A stretch of DNA of 64,000 nucleotides from Promethearchaeia archaeon (GTDB lineage: Archaea; Asgardarchaeota; Lokiarchaeia; Sigyniarchaeales; SOKP01): NCBI GenBank assembly GCA_029856145.1, contig JAHQWK010000023.1:1-64000 (forward strand). The letters are read 5' to 3'. The notes beneath the pieces are model-generated. The model had not been told where the DNA came from. It saw nothing but the letters and a program-made list of their open reading frames with translations, and searched no databases. Made by a program: the position numbers and the translations under genes. The first letter of the stretch is position 1; each line of letters begins with the position of its first letter. Below, one piece after another: positions 27,671-38,597 of this stretch.

Positions 27671-28969
27671 ATGATAGAAACTGTACTGCTCATTGTCATT
27701 TTCGTTTTGTTTTTTTTTATTATTTTAAGTTATTCAAAGTCTAATTTAGATTTTGTAGCAATTTCTCTATTATGTTGTTTTATTGCTGCTGCAATAACAT
27801 TTATGGTTGTAGGAACAACAATAGATACATTCATTTTATCTATTGAATGGGAAGCAATTATCATTATATTAAGCATGAGTATTATTACAAAAATAGCCCA
27901 AGATTCAAATATTTTAGAATTTGTGGCGGTTAAACTTTTTAAATTATCAAGGGGAGAGCAAAGAATTTTTTTCTGGCTTCTCTGCACAATTACAACTCTT
28001 TTAGCGGCAATAATAAGTGATATAATTGTTGTTTTGATTTTAGCACCAATTGTTATAAGACTTTGCCATTTTCTAAAAATTAGAGCTGGCACATACCTCC
28101 TAGGTATGACTGTGTGTATTAATATAGGAAGCATCATCACTCCGTTCTCGAGTGGAGAAAATATTATAATATCTACAGCATTTAATCTTAATACTATTTA
28201 TTTCATCCAATATTATTGGATTTTTTCTTTCTTTTTATTATTTATGACAATTTTTTTAATAGATAGATTTATTTTAAGAAAAGAACCAAAAATAGAGGAT
28301 CGTCAAAAGAAATTTGTTATCGATTTAATAGACACTGATATTATGGTAAAGAATAAAAAAATGTTTTATTTCAATAGCATTGCCATAATATTAACCATTA
28401 TTTTATTTACTGCTCTTCCCCTGTTATATTTAACAGCGGGAGTTTCCGCCTTAATTCTAGTTTTAGTAAATAGAAATTATACGAAAAAGCCTATGAGTGA
28501 ACTATTAAAAGATATTGAATGGGAGATTATTTTTTTCTTTATCAGCTTATATGTTGTAATAAAGTGTCTTTTAGAAGCTGGTTTTCAAGATTTAATTGCT
28601 TTAATTCCTTTTGGAAGCATAGATCCCTTTCTTTTATCGTTTATTATACTTATCATAATTAGCTTCATCTCAGGAGTAGTCGCCAACACGCCAACTGCAT
28701 TAATTTTTATACCGATAATAACGACTTTAATTGATACTGGTTTCTCATCAGTTCCTTTGTTTTTTTCATTCATAATCGGTATTAATTTAGGTGGGAATTT
28801 TATACCTCAGGGAGCAGCTTGTGATATGATGACTTTAAAAATAGCAAGAGACTCAGGTGTAGAAAACCTAAATTATAAACGTTTATTAAAAATGGGAGCT
28901 ACTTTTGCACTAGTTCATTTAGGAATTTCGATTCTTTTTCTACTGATCTTAGTACCGATTTTTGGATAA
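27671..28969 (+). CDS. ArsB/NhaD/SLC13-type ion transporter
   Basis: NIGSIITPFSSGENII, IEWEIIFFF, SGVVANTP, NLGGNFIPQGAA; many TMs. Confidence 0.85.
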   Translation: MIETVLLIVIFVLFFFIILSYSKSNLDFVAISLLCCFIAAAITFMVVGTTIDTFILSIEWEAIIIILSMSIITKIAQDSNILEFVAVKLFKLSRGEQRIFFWLLCTITTLLAAIISDIIVVLILAPIVIRLCHFLKIRAGTYLLGMTVCINIGSIITPFSSGENIIISTAFNLNTIYFIQYYWIFSFFLLFMTIFLIDRFILRKEPKIEDRQKKFVIDLIDTDIMVKNKKMFYFNSIAIILTIILFTALPLLYLTAGVSALILVLVNRNYTKKPMSELLKDIEWEIIFFFISLYVVIKCLLEAGFQDLIALIPFGSIDPFLLSFIILIIISFISGVVANTPTALIFIPIITTLIDTGFSSVPLFFSFIIGINLGGNFIPQGAACDMMTLKIARDSGVENLNYKRLLKMGATFALVHLGISILFLLILVPIFG

Positions 28970-29019
28970 AATTAATAACAAAAAAAGAAAAAAGAAATTT
29001 TAACTATAAGATTTAAAAT

Positions 29020-30270
29020 TTAAATCCATCCTCTCAAGCGCATTGCTGTCAATACACGCTCCAGAGAAATCATATAGGCACCCATACGATTATGGGTATC
29101 GAATTTCTGAGATTGCTCAATTGTAGAACGATAAGCTCTTGTCATAACCCTATCTAATGCCTCAAAAACCTCTTTCTCTGTCCAGAAATAGCGATAATAT
29201 CCTTGCACCATTTCAAAATAGGATACAGTGACTCCACCTGCATTACATAGAAAATCTGGAATAATAAGTACTCCTTTTTCAAATAGAGTTTGGTCTGCAT
29301 CTGGTGTTGTAGGTCCATTGGCAAGTTCAGCAATTATTTTTGTGTTTATATTGTTAGCATTTTTTCTAGTTATCACATTTTCAAGTGCAGCAGGGACAAG
29401 TATATCACATTCTAATTCTAATAATTCTTCGTTCGATATTTCTTTAGTTCCTTTTAAACCTACAACTGTTCGTGTTTTTTCTTTAAATTCTGCTGCGACG
29501 TGAGGATCTATTCCATCTCTATCATAAATACCTCCTCTAGAATCAGAAACGGCTATTATTTTACAATTATAATCATCCTTAAGTAGTTTTGCTGCCCAAG
29601 ATCCAGCATTTCCATATCCTTGAACTACTGCTGTTGCTCCATTTAAATCTAAACCAATATCTTTTGCTGCCTCTCTGACAGTAAATACGCCTCCTTTGGC
29701 TGTGGCAATTGAACGCCCTGCACTTCCTCCCAATGGTAAAGGTTTTCCTGTAATAACGGAAGGTGCATGATGACGTACTATTTTTTCGTACTCATCCATC
29801 ATCCACGCCATTATTTGAGGATTAGTATAAACGTCTGGGGCAGGAACATCAATAGTTGGTCCGATAATATCAGCGAGTTGTCTAATATAACTTCTTGCGA
29901 GGGTTTCAATCTCCCGATTACTCATTTCTTTAGGATTACATATAATTCCTCCTTTCGCACCACCTAATGGGATATCTACGCATGCTGTTTTCCATGTCAT
30001 CCAAGCTGATAAAGCTTTCACTAATGAAGCACTTTCCTCAGGATGCCATCTTATTCCTCCTTTCATAGGACCTCTCGCAGAGTTGTATTGAGATCGAAAA
30101 CCCTTGAACGTCTTTAAGGAGCCGTCGTCCATTTTCATTGTAAGTTTAATTTCAACAAATCTTTCTGGTTCACTTAGAGCGGTATAAATTTCACTATCAT
30201 AATTAGCTAATTTACAAGCATCAGAAAGTTGTTTCTGAGATATTTTAAAGGGGTCTAGTATTTCACTCAT
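29020..30270 (-). CDS. gdhA: Glutamate dehydrogenase
   Basis: [42 protein letters not shown]. Confidence 0.95.
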   Translation of the reverse strand: MSEILDPFKISQKQLSDACKLANYDSEIYTALSEPERFVEIKLTMKMDDGSLKTFKGFRSQYNSARGPMKGGIRWHPEESASLVKALSAWMTWKTACVDIPLGGAKGGIICNPKEMSNREIETLARSYIRQLADIIGPTIDVPAPDVYTNPQIMAWMMDEYEKIVRHHAPSVITGKPLPLGGSAGRSIATAKGGVFTVREAAKDIGLDLNGATAVVQGYGNAGSWAAKLLKDDYNCKIIAVSDSRGGIYDRDGIDPHVAAEFKEKTRTVVGLKGTKEISNEELLELECDILVPAALENVITRKNANNINTKIIAELANGPTTPDADQTLFEKGVLIIPDFLCNAGGVTVSYFEMVQGYYRYFWTEKEVFEALDRVMTRAYRSTIEQSQKFDTHNRMGAYMISLERVLTAMRLRGWI

Positions 30271-30487
30271 TTTAATTTCACTTTTTTTATATTGCTCTGG
30301 AATGAATTTTGTTCAATTTTAATATCAACGAATACAAATTTTCTGAAGAAATTTTATATTTCTATTTAATTAAATTGAATAATTAATTAAATAAAGCAAT
30401 AAAAATTAAAGTTTACTTTGAAGGATTTCCCAGATCTTTCCCACACATTAAATTTGTTTTTACGTTAAAGCAACAGATTATATGGTT

Positions 30488-31876
30488 TTAAAGAAATTTC
30501 GATCTTAAATATTCATTCATAGCTTTAGCTGCTTGTCTTCCAGCACCCATAGCACTTATGACAGTTGCTGAACCGGTTACAATATCTCCACCAGCAAAGA
30601 TTCCTTCTAAATTTGTTTTTCCATTTTCATCAGCTTCAATATAACCCCATTTAGTTAATTTTAATTCTGGAATTGACTTTGTTAAAATTGGATTTGCATT
30701 TGCACCAATTGCTATAATAACAGTATCACATTTTATTAAAAACTCTGAGTTTTCGATTGGAATCGGTCTTGGTCTTCCAGAAGCATCAGGTTCCCCTAAT
30801 TTCATCTTAATAACTTCAATTTTATTAACAACTCCATCATGGTCTCCTAAAAATCTTACAGGATTTGATAAAAATTGAAATTCAATTCCTTCCTCTACGG
30901 CATGATGATATTCTTCTTTTCTTGCGGGCATTTCAGCTTCACTTCGCCTATAGACAACAATAACTTTTTCAGCGCCTAGTCTTATTGCAACACGAGCAGA
31001 ATCTAAAGCAACATTACCTCCTCCTATAACAGTAATGAGTTTTCCTATTTTTATAGGTGTATCATATTCAGGAAATTTATATGCTTTCATTAAATTTGCT
31101 CTTGTTAAAAACTCATTCGCTGTCAGAACGCCATTTAGATTAATTCCTGAGATCTTCCTCATAGAGGGTAATCCCGCACCTACACCAATGAAGAATGCTT
31201 TATAGCCCATATCTTTCAATTCATCAATCAATAAAGTCTTTCCAATGATCCTATTATATTCAATTTTAATCCCTAGCATTTTTAAAGTCTCAATTTCATC
31301 CTCAACAATCTCTTTAGGGAGTCTAAATTCTGGTATTCCATAAACTAAAACGCCACCCCCTTTATGAAACGCTTCAAAAATTGTTACATCAAATCCAAAT
31401 CTGGCAAGATCAGCAGCGCAAGTAAGTCCTGCTGGACCTGATCCGATTACGGCTACTTTTATGTTATTTGGAGCCTCACAATCTGGACACTCCTTCAATT
31501 CATTTCTTTTTTCCCAATCTGCGACATATCTCTCAAGTGCTCCAATCGCAACAGGTTCCCACCTTTTACTTAATATACAAGCTTTTTCACACTGGACTTC
31601 TTGAGGGCATACTCTTCCACATATCGCAGGTAAAATGTTATAATCCTTTATACTGCGAATTGCTTCTAATAAATTATCTTCCTTAATTAACCTGATAAAA
31701 TTTGGGATATCAATATTGACAGGGCAACCATTTATACACTTAGGGTCACCACATTGTAGACATCTTTCTACTTCCGTTTTTGCCATTTCTTCAGTAAAAC
31801 CTAAAGCAACTTCTGAAAAATTATGAATTCTTTTGGTAGGATCCTGTTCTCTCATTTTTTGTCTTGGTATTTTCAC
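30488..31876 (-). CDS. nfnB: NADH-dependent reduced ferredoxin:NADP+ oxidoreductase large subunit (NfnB/SudA, GltD-like)
   Basis: RCLQC...CINGCP, CGRVCPQEVQCE, GSGPAG, GGGNVALD; paired with the small subunit. Confidence 0.85.
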   Translation of the reverse strand: MKIPRQKMREQDPTKRIHNFSEVALGFTEEMAKTEVERCLQCGDPKCINGCPVNIDIPNFIRLIKEDNLLEAIRSIKDYNILPAICGRVCPQEVQCEKACILSKRWEPVAIGALERYVADWEKRNELKECPDCEAPNNIKVAVIGSGPAGLTCAADLARFGFDVTIFEAFHKGGGVLVYGIPEFRLPKEIVEDEIETLKMLGIKIEYNRIIGKTLLIDELKDMGYKAFFIGVGAGLPSMRKISGINLNGVLTANEFLTRANLMKAYKFPEYDTPIKIGKLITVIGGGNVALDSARVAIRLGAEKVIVVYRRSEAEMPARKEEYHHAVEEGIEFQFLSNPVRFLGDHDGVVNKIEVIKMKLGEPDASGRPRPIPIENSEFLIKCDTVIIAIGANANPILTKSIPELKLTKWGYIEADENGKTNLEGIFAGGDIVTGSATVISAMGAGRQAAKAMNEYLRSKFL

Positions 31877-31891
31877 TATATAATCCCTCTT

Positions 31892-32761
31892 TTATCCTAT
31901 TTTTAAATTCTTACATTCTTTTTTGTAGAGATCATAGGATTTTTTTTCAAATTCGGCAAATCTTTTTTCTCTATTTAACAAAATATCAAAATCCACAATA
32001 TGACCATCAACATCAGGACCTTCAACACAAGCAAAATGGATTTCACCGTCTTTTGCCGGGAATCTACACCCCCCACACATTCCTGTACCGTCTATCATTA
32101 TAGTATTTAAAGATACAAATGTTTTTACCTTTGGTAAACCTTCAATACCACTTGTTAGTTCTGCAACGTTTTTCATCATTATCATGGGACCGATTGTTAT
32201 TACTAAGCTAATTTTATCTTTATTAATTATCTCTCTTAGAGGTTTAGTAACAAATCCTTCTACGCCTTCACTTCCATCATTGGTACAAATAATTACTCTT
32301 TCACTAACCTCAGCCATTTTTTCTCTCCAAAATACAAGATCTTTAGTTCGAGCCCCTAATATTGAGATGATTCTATTACCCGCTTGCTTTAATTCTTTTG
32401 CTTGAGGATAACAAGGAGCAATTCCCACACCACCACCAATTATAATTATTGGATGTTCATATTTCTCTACGTGTATCTTATTTCCTAAAGGTCCGACTAC
32501 ATCTAAAATTTCATCACCTTCATCTTGATGAGAAAGTAATAATGTAGATTTTCCTACAACTTGAATCACAAGTGTAATAATACCTTTTTCTCTATCATAA
32601 TCAGCGATGGTAAGAGGTATTCTTTCTCCCCTTTCGTTAATTCTAATTAAGACAAAATTCCCTGCAAATGCTTTTTTTGCTATAAGTGGAGCATATATAT
32701 CCATCTCATATAATGTACCACTATTTCCAAGTTGAATTTTTTTCAAAATCTTATAAGGCAA
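31892..32761 (-). CDS. nfnA: NfnA/SudB small subunit
   Basis: GERIPLTIAD, GGGVGIAP, MIDGTGMCGGC...ACVEGP. Confidence 0.9.
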   Translation of the reverse strand: MPYKILKKIQLGNSGTLYEMDIYAPLIAKKAFAGNFVLIRINERGERIPLTIADYDREKGIITLVIQVVGKSTLLLSHQDEGDEILDVVGPLGNKIHVEKYEHPIIIIGGGVGIAPCYPQAKELKQAGNRIISILGARTKDLVFWREKMAEVSERVIICTNDGSEGVEGFVTKPLREIINKDKISLVITIGPMIMMKNVAELTSGIEGLPKVKTFVSLNTIMIDGTGMCGGCRFPAKDGEIHFACVEGPDVDGHIVDFDILLNREKRFAEFEKKSYDLYKKECKNLKIG

Positions 32762-33115
32762 TATTAACCATCTTAATTTTGATTATAAATCACAGATTAA
32801 TTTTAAATAAAAACTCATTTTCTAATTGAAGGTATAATTTAATCTAAAAAAATATTTTCTTATATACAATAGTAACGGGAATTCATTCCCTCATTTCGCT
32901 TGCAATTTGAGTATAGAAAATAAATGAAAGTGATGTAATGTTCTAAGTCCATTTAATAAAAAACTCTAATTAGAAAAAAACTAATTGACTAATTGATAAA
33001 ATTAATTTTCTAAAAAGCTTTTTAAATATTAAGAATAAATTATTTCCAATTTATTAAATATAATTTAATATAGTTTTAGCAACAATTCTCATAATCTCTT
33101 TAATATTTAGTAATT

Positions 33116-34675
33116 ATGGACATTATAGTTGTATTAGATTTTGGTGGACAATACACACATTTAATTAATCGCCGAATACGAGATTTGGGAGTATATTCTG
33201 AAATTTTACCTTATGATGTAGATATTGAAAAATTGAAAAAAAAAAATCCTAAAGCTATTATACTATCTGGTGGTCCAGGAAGTGTTTATGAAAAAAATAG
33301 CCCACAATTAAAGAATGAGTTTTTTGAATTTACTACCAGAAATAAAATTCCAGTTCTAGGGATTTGTTATGGGCATCATTTAATTATGCATCTATTAGGA
33401 GGTAAAATTGAACCTAAAGAAGCTAAAGAATATGGAAGGACTAATCTCATAATTATCGAGCCAGATTTAATATTTGATTCATTAGGAAAAGAAGAAATAG
33501 TGTGGATGTCTCACGGAGACCAGATCACCGAGATTGTTAAAGGATTTAAAGCATATGCTAAAACTGAAACTTGTCCTGTAGCTGCTTATGGGAATCAAGA
33601 AAAGCTATTATATGGGTTTCAATTCCATCCAGAAGTCTCAAATACTCCAAACGGAAATAAAATATTGGAGAATTTCCTATATAAAATTGCTAGTTGTAAA
33701 AAAGAATGGAAATTGGAAGGATGGATTGATAGAACAGTTGAAGAGATAAGAAAAGAAATTGGTCCTAATAATAGGGTTATTTTGGGATTAAGTGGCGGGG
33801 TTGATTCTTCTGTTACTGCTGTTCTTCTTCAAAAAGCAATAGGTGATCGATTGCATTGCATATTTGTCAATAATGGTGTGTTAAGAAAGAATGAAGAAAA
33901 GGAAGTTCAGGAAACGTTTAAAAAGAAATTAAAATTTAAAAATTTTCATTATGTTGATGCAGAAGATCTTTTTCTAAAAAGGCTTGCAGAGGTTGAAGAT
34001 CCTGAAGAAAAACGTCGCATAATTGGGCACACATTTATAGGAGTTTTTGAGAATAAAACTATTGAATTAGAAAAAGCTCATCCAGATATCAAGTATCTCG
34101 CACAAGGTACTATTTATCCTGATCGTGTTGAAACAAGTGCTACAAGTAAAGTTTCAGCCAAAATTAAATCTCACCATAACCTTACCCTCCCAGATGATAT
34201 GAAATTAAAGATAATAGAGCCCTTAAGGGATTTATATAAAGATGAAGTTAGGAAGATTGGTTTAAAATTAGGGTTACCAGAATATATTATAAATCGTCAT
34301 CCATTTCCTGGACCTGGATTAGCAGTAAGAATAGTAGGTCCAATTGATAAAGATAAATTAATGATTTTAAGAAGTGCAGATGAAATTTTAATAGAAGAGA
34401 TTAGAAACGCAGGAATTTATGACCAAATCTGGCAAGCTTTTTGTGTGTTTCTTCCTTTGAAGACTGTTGGAATAATGGGTGATTATCGTACCTATGAATA
34501 CATTTGTTCTATAAGAATAGTTGAATCAACTGATGCGATGACAGCTAATTTTACGAAACTAGATTGGGATCTCCTTGAAAGAATAGGAACTAGAATTGCT
34601 AATGAAGTTAAAGGAATAAATCGTGTTGTGTACGATATTTCAAATAAACCACCCAGTACGATAGAATATGAGTAA
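33116..34675 (+). CDS. guaA: GMP synthase (glutamine-hydrolysing), fused
   Basis: LDFGGQY, GICYG, QFHPE, SGGVDS, HPFPGPGLA, KPPSTIEYE. Confidence 0.97.
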   Translation: MDIIVVLDFGGQYTHLINRRIRDLGVYSEILPYDVDIEKLKKKNPKAIILSGGPGSVYEKNSPQLKNEFFEFTTRNKIPVLGICYGHHLIMHLLGGKIEPKEAKEYGRTNLIIIEPDLIFDSLGKEEIVWMSHGDQITEIVKGFKAYAKTETCPVAAYGNQEKLLYGFQFHPEVSNTPNGNKILENFLYKIASCKKEWKLEGWIDRTVEEIRKEIGPNNRVILGLSGGVDSSVTAVLLQKAIGDRLHCIFVNNGVLRKNEEKEVQETFKKKLKFKNFHYVDAEDLFLKRLAEVEDPEEKRRIIGHTFIGVFENKTIELEKAHPDIKYLAQGTIYPDRVETSATSKVSAKIKSHHNLTLPDDMKLKIIEPLRDLYKDEVRKIGLKLGLPEYIINRHPFPGPGLAVRIVGPIDKDKLMILRSADEILIEEIRNAGIYDQIWQAFCVFLPLKTVGIMGDYRTYEYICSIRIVESTDAMTANFTKLDWDLLERIGTRIANEVKGINRVVYDISNKPPSTIEYE

Positions 34676-34778
34676 ATCATATAATATTGATAATATCTAG
34701 TTTTAAATTTTTTCTAATAGATTTTAATTGGTATGTAAATTAGATCCTATAAAATCATATTTTTATAAATTGATTATA

Positions 34779-36569
34779 ATGACACAAGAAGAAATTGCGT
34801 GGGATTTAACAGAAATATATTCTGGTTATGATGACCCTAAAATCACTGAAAATATGAATAGACTTTCGAAAGAAGCTATTGATTTCATAAAGGATTATAA
34901 AGGGAAAATCAATACCCCTGATTTCACATCTCAAAAATTATTAGAATTATTCCAAAAACAAGAAAAATTTATGGCTAATATTGATGAAATAGAACTTTAT
35001 TCAAATAGATTATATAGTGGGAATATGACTATTCCTGAAAGTGAAACGTTGAAAAATCGAGTTGAAGATTTTACAACCAAGATTGCTAAAGATTTAGCAT
35101 TTCTAGAGTTAGAAGTTGCTAAATATGTATACAAAAATGGTAAGATAATAGATGATCCAATTCTCTCTAATTACAAACACAGATTAGAAAAAATTAAAAG
35201 AGCATATCCTCATTATTTATCGGAAGTGGAAGAGCAATTAATCCTTGAAAAAGATCAATATGGAGTTAGAGCTTGGAGTAATCTACAGTCAAAATGGCTA
35301 AATACAAGAAAAATAGTAGTAAATGTTGAGGGCGAAGAAAAAGAATTATCATATGGAGAAGTTAATGCTTTACTTAGACACCCAGATAGAACAACACGAA
35401 TATCAGCGAATAAATCTATATATGGTTTATTAGGCAAAGAAGAATATGTATTTTCCTCAGCTCTACGAAGTGTTTGTGGAGATTGGCTTAATAATTCAAA
35501 AAGACGGAAATATGACAGCCCAATGCATGATAGTCTTATTGTAAACGATACAACTCAGGAGATTATTGATAATTTAATGAAAGCAATTGAAGAAGGTGTA
35601 GGAGTATATCGTAAATATTTAAATCTCAAGACGAAAATTTTAGGTTTTCCAAAATTAAACTGTGCTGATGTTCGTGCTCCGCTTCCGATTGCTCAACATA
35701 AAAACTATTCATGGGACAAAGCGAAAGAACTTGTAATTCAGGCTTATGAAAAATTTGATCATGGATTTGTAAATTATGTAGAAGATATGTTCAACCGAAA
35801 TCATATCGATGCAAGTCCTAGAAGGGGTAAGAGAAATGGAGCAAATTGTGCCTCATGGTTTAAGGGTACGTCTGCTTTTATTCTTATGACGTATACCGGC
35901 GAAATAAATGAAATTTTTACTCTTATTCATGAACTTGGACATGCTATCCATGATTATTTAGCCATTCAAAAACAAACTTACATTAACATTCATCCTGGTT
36001 ACACAGTTGCAGAAACCGCATCTACTTTTGGGGAATTACTCTTAACAGATCTCCTTCTTGAAACTGCAGAATCAAAAGAAGAAAAGATGGCAATATTGGG
36101 AAATATACTAGATGATGCGGGACAAGCTGCTTTTCAAGTGAGTGCAAGAGTTTGGTTTGAACAAGACTTATATAAAGCTATTGATAAAGGCGAGAATTTA
36201 GATGGAAAAACGATTTCAAAATATTGGTGTGCGGGAAGAGATAAAATATATGGAGACTCTGTAGAATGGTTTGAAGAGATGGACTGGGAATGGACCATGA
36301 AACCACATTATTATATTCCAAATTTTCGATTCTATAATTATCCCTATGTTTATGCCCAATTATTCGTTTATGCTTTATATCAAACCTATAAAAAAGAGGG
36401 CAAAGAATTTGTTCCAAAATTCAAGAAACTTCTCGCTGCAGGAGGGAGTGTTTCGCCTGAGGAGCTTGGTAAAATTGTGGGATTAGATATCACCAAAAAA
36501 GATTTCTGGAAATTAGGAATAAAGCAATATGAAGATTTCGTAAACCAATTGGAAAAACTTATGAAATAG
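34779..36569 (+). CDS. pepF: Oligoendopeptidase F (M3B)
   Basis: WDLTEIY N-terminus, HELGH, AETASTFGE, FYNYPY; start at ATG 34779. Confidence 0.93.
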   Translation: MTQEEIAWDLTEIYSGYDDPKITENMNRLSKEAIDFIKDYKGKINTPDFTSQKLLELFQKQEKFMANIDEIELYSNRLYSGNMTIPESETLKNRVEDFTTKIAKDLAFLELEVAKYVYKNGKIIDDPILSNYKHRLEKIKRAYPHYLSEVEEQLILEKDQYGVRAWSNLQSKWLNTRKIVVNVEGEEKELSYGEVNALLRHPDRTTRISANKSIYGLLGKEEYVFSSALRSVCGDWLNNSKRRKYDSPMHDSLIVNDTTQEIIDNLMKAIEEGVGVYRKYLNLKTKILGFPKLNCADVRAPLPIAQHKNYSWDKAKELVIQAYEKFDHGFVNYVEDMFNRNHIDASPRRGKRNGANCASWFKGTSAFILMTYTGEINEIFTLIHELGHAIHDYLAIQKQTYINIHPGYTVAETASTFGELLLTDLLLETAESKEEKMAILGNILDDAGQAAFQVSARVWFEQDLYKAIDKGENLDGKTISKYWCAGRDKIYGDSVEWFEEMDWEWTMKPHYYIPNFRFYNYPYVYAQLFVYALYQTYKKEGKEFVPKFKKLLAAGGSVSPEELGKIVGLDITKKDFWKLGIKQYEDFVNQLEKLMK

Positions 36570-36688
36570 TACATTCTGCTAATAAAAAAAAATTATTTTT
36601 TTTATAAATTTCTTTCCTTCCTTTTAAAAAACTTTATTTTGAATTTTCTTTACAATTTTGCAGCAGAAGATTTAGTATTGTGAAGTGG

Positions 36689-36731
36689 AGCTCTTGCCAT
36701 GGATTTTTTTTTACTTCCCATGGCAAGAGTT
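36689..36731. terminator. Strong hairpin between convergent genes
   Basis: CTCTTGCCATGG / CCATGGCAAGAG perfect 12-bp inverted repeat with a T-rich loop. Confidence 0.4.
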
Positions 36732-36951
36732 GTGAACAAATGGCTAATTGCTTGCTCTGTCCTGTAAGGGGTGGATGAAGGAAGCTTGGAGGTAATAAAT
36801 TAATAAACAAATTTATCTAAGGTGTAGAGTTTGAACTTTTCTTTATGGAATCATACTTATACTTTTATCAGCACAATTGAATGTCAATCCATCCACCCAA
36901 GTTCTGAATTTTATATCATTACCAGACTTTTTTTAAACACCTCCTTATTGT

Positions 36952-37263
36952 TTATTCATAGAGTATAACATAACCTTTTATTTCCATATTTTTTTGACGC
37001 TTAAATCTTTTAGAAGTTTCGCAATTCCAATCATAATAAATAGGTTCTTCATCATCAACAACAATCATTTCTAAGATTTCTTTTGTGTATAATTCAAAAG
37101 ATTCATAATTTATTATATCGGGATTACAATTCCATTTATGATCTTTTTTACTGGCACTAAATATCATACCAAAATGAATGGAATTACAGCAGCTAATTTT
37201 TCTTCCATAAGAAAATTCTTCTCCACATTCCTCGCATTTTATCATCAATTTTTTACCTCCCAT
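36952..37263 (-). CDS. Small Cys-containing protein with two WNC motifs
   Basis: CEECG...CC...KWNC...DWNC; similar to 685..900. Confidence 0.65.
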   Translation of the reverse strand: MGGKKLMIKCEECGEEFSYGRKISCCNSIHFGMIFSASKKDHKWNCNPDIINYESFELYTKEILEMIVVDDEEPIYYDWNCETSKRFKRQKNMEIKGYVILYE

Positions 37264-37274
37264 TTTATTTTGCT

Positions 37275-37529
37275 TTATAGGGCTTCGTACTTTCTTGGCT
37301 TTTTATCATAGTGGATTATTAGTTTCTCCGGCATTTTTTCTTTAATTCTTTTTATTATTTTTGAAAGTCCATTAGGGCTACTATACCCCATAGCCACTGA
37401 CCACTCTGCTGCTGAAGAAATTCCAATTTCTTTTAACTTTTCTAAACATATTTGCTCATATGTTCTTGGAATATTTTCAATCATCTTTAACTTCTCTTGA
37501 AATCGAGTTCTAAATTGTTTTAAGGTCAT
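37275..37529 (-). CDS. Small winged-HTH-like protein
   Basis: SAAEWSVAMGYSSPNGLSKIIKRI helix-turn-helix followed by a beta-wing (KKPRKYEAL). Confidence 0.55.
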   Translation of the reverse strand: MTLKQFRTRFQEKLKMIENIPRTYEQICLEKLKEIGISSAAEWSVAMGYSSPNGLSKIIKRIKEKMPEKLIIHYDKKPRKYEAL

Positions 37530-37851
37530 TTTTTTTTCAATAAATTATATTATCTGTGGGAAAGATTTCCCACTATTCTTTTATGATTAAATAACTATAC
37601 ATATTTATAAACTTATCGATCAAAATCTAAACATTTTTGTAAATTATGAAATTGAATACTGAATAATCATATAGGTATTGGTTCAAATTTATGAAAATTA
37701 TTACAATAAATTGTTATTTTTGGTTTTCAAGAATAAACATTATTATAAAACACAGTTAAATAACTAAACAAATTCATAAATCTCTTAAAATAACTAAATA
37801 ATGTATTTAAGAAAGATCAAAAAAAGATTTGTTTTCGAGAAATAATACATA

Positions 37852-38349
37852 TTACTTTTTTTTTCCTTCCTTTTCTAATAATTCTATAAATGAACTACTT
37901 TCTTTAATAATATTTAAGACGATATGAGTGTTAGTACGCTCGACATAAGGAGAAGTATGAATTTCCTTTATCATTTTACTTAGATCTTCTCGATTATTAA
38001 ATCTCGTGAGAATTAAAGCATCGTATTCTCCAGTAATATCGTAAACTGCAAAGACATTTGGATTTTTTGCAATACTACGTTCAACTTCTAGCATTTTTCC
38101 TTTTGAAATCGTTAATTCGATAACAGCAATAATATCGTATCCCAGTTTTTCATAATCGATATTCACAGCATAATTTTTAATAATACCTTTATTTTCTAAC
38201 TCTTCTACATGCCTTTTAATCGTTACAGGTGATTTATTATCCAAATCTTTCGCTATTTGGCGAAGTGAGATTCGACTATCTTCACTTAATTTCTTTAGAA
38301 TTTTAATATCTATTTTAGAAAATTCTTTAAAACTTGAATTCACAGTCAT
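37852..38349 (-). CDS. Lrp/AsnC transcriptional regulator, divergent from glnA
   Basis: IDIKILKKLSEDSRISLRQIAK HTH; VYDITGEYD. Confidence 0.95.
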   Translation of the reverse strand: MTVNSSFKEFSKIDIKILKKLSEDSRISLRQIAKDLDNKSPVTIKRHVEELENKGIIKNYAVNIDYEKLGYDIIAVIELTISKGKMLEVERSIAKNPNVFAVYDITGEYDALILTRFNNREDLSKMIKEIHTSPYVERTNTHIVLNIIKESSSFIELLEKEGKKK

Positions 38350-38597
38350 AATGCTACATAATTATATAATTATTATAAAAGTATGCAATCGTTCATAAGA
38401 CACATGCAAAAATAATCAGATGATCATTATTTATTGCGACAAAAATCACCAAATTAAATGAACGATCACTCTATTTAATTATTATTGAACATTTATAAAC
38501 TTTTTCCTCTAGGAAGTGATCAAAAAATCAGATTTAAATATAATTATGTACTATCTGATAATATTGAAATTAAAAAAATATTTGAATTTGATTATTT

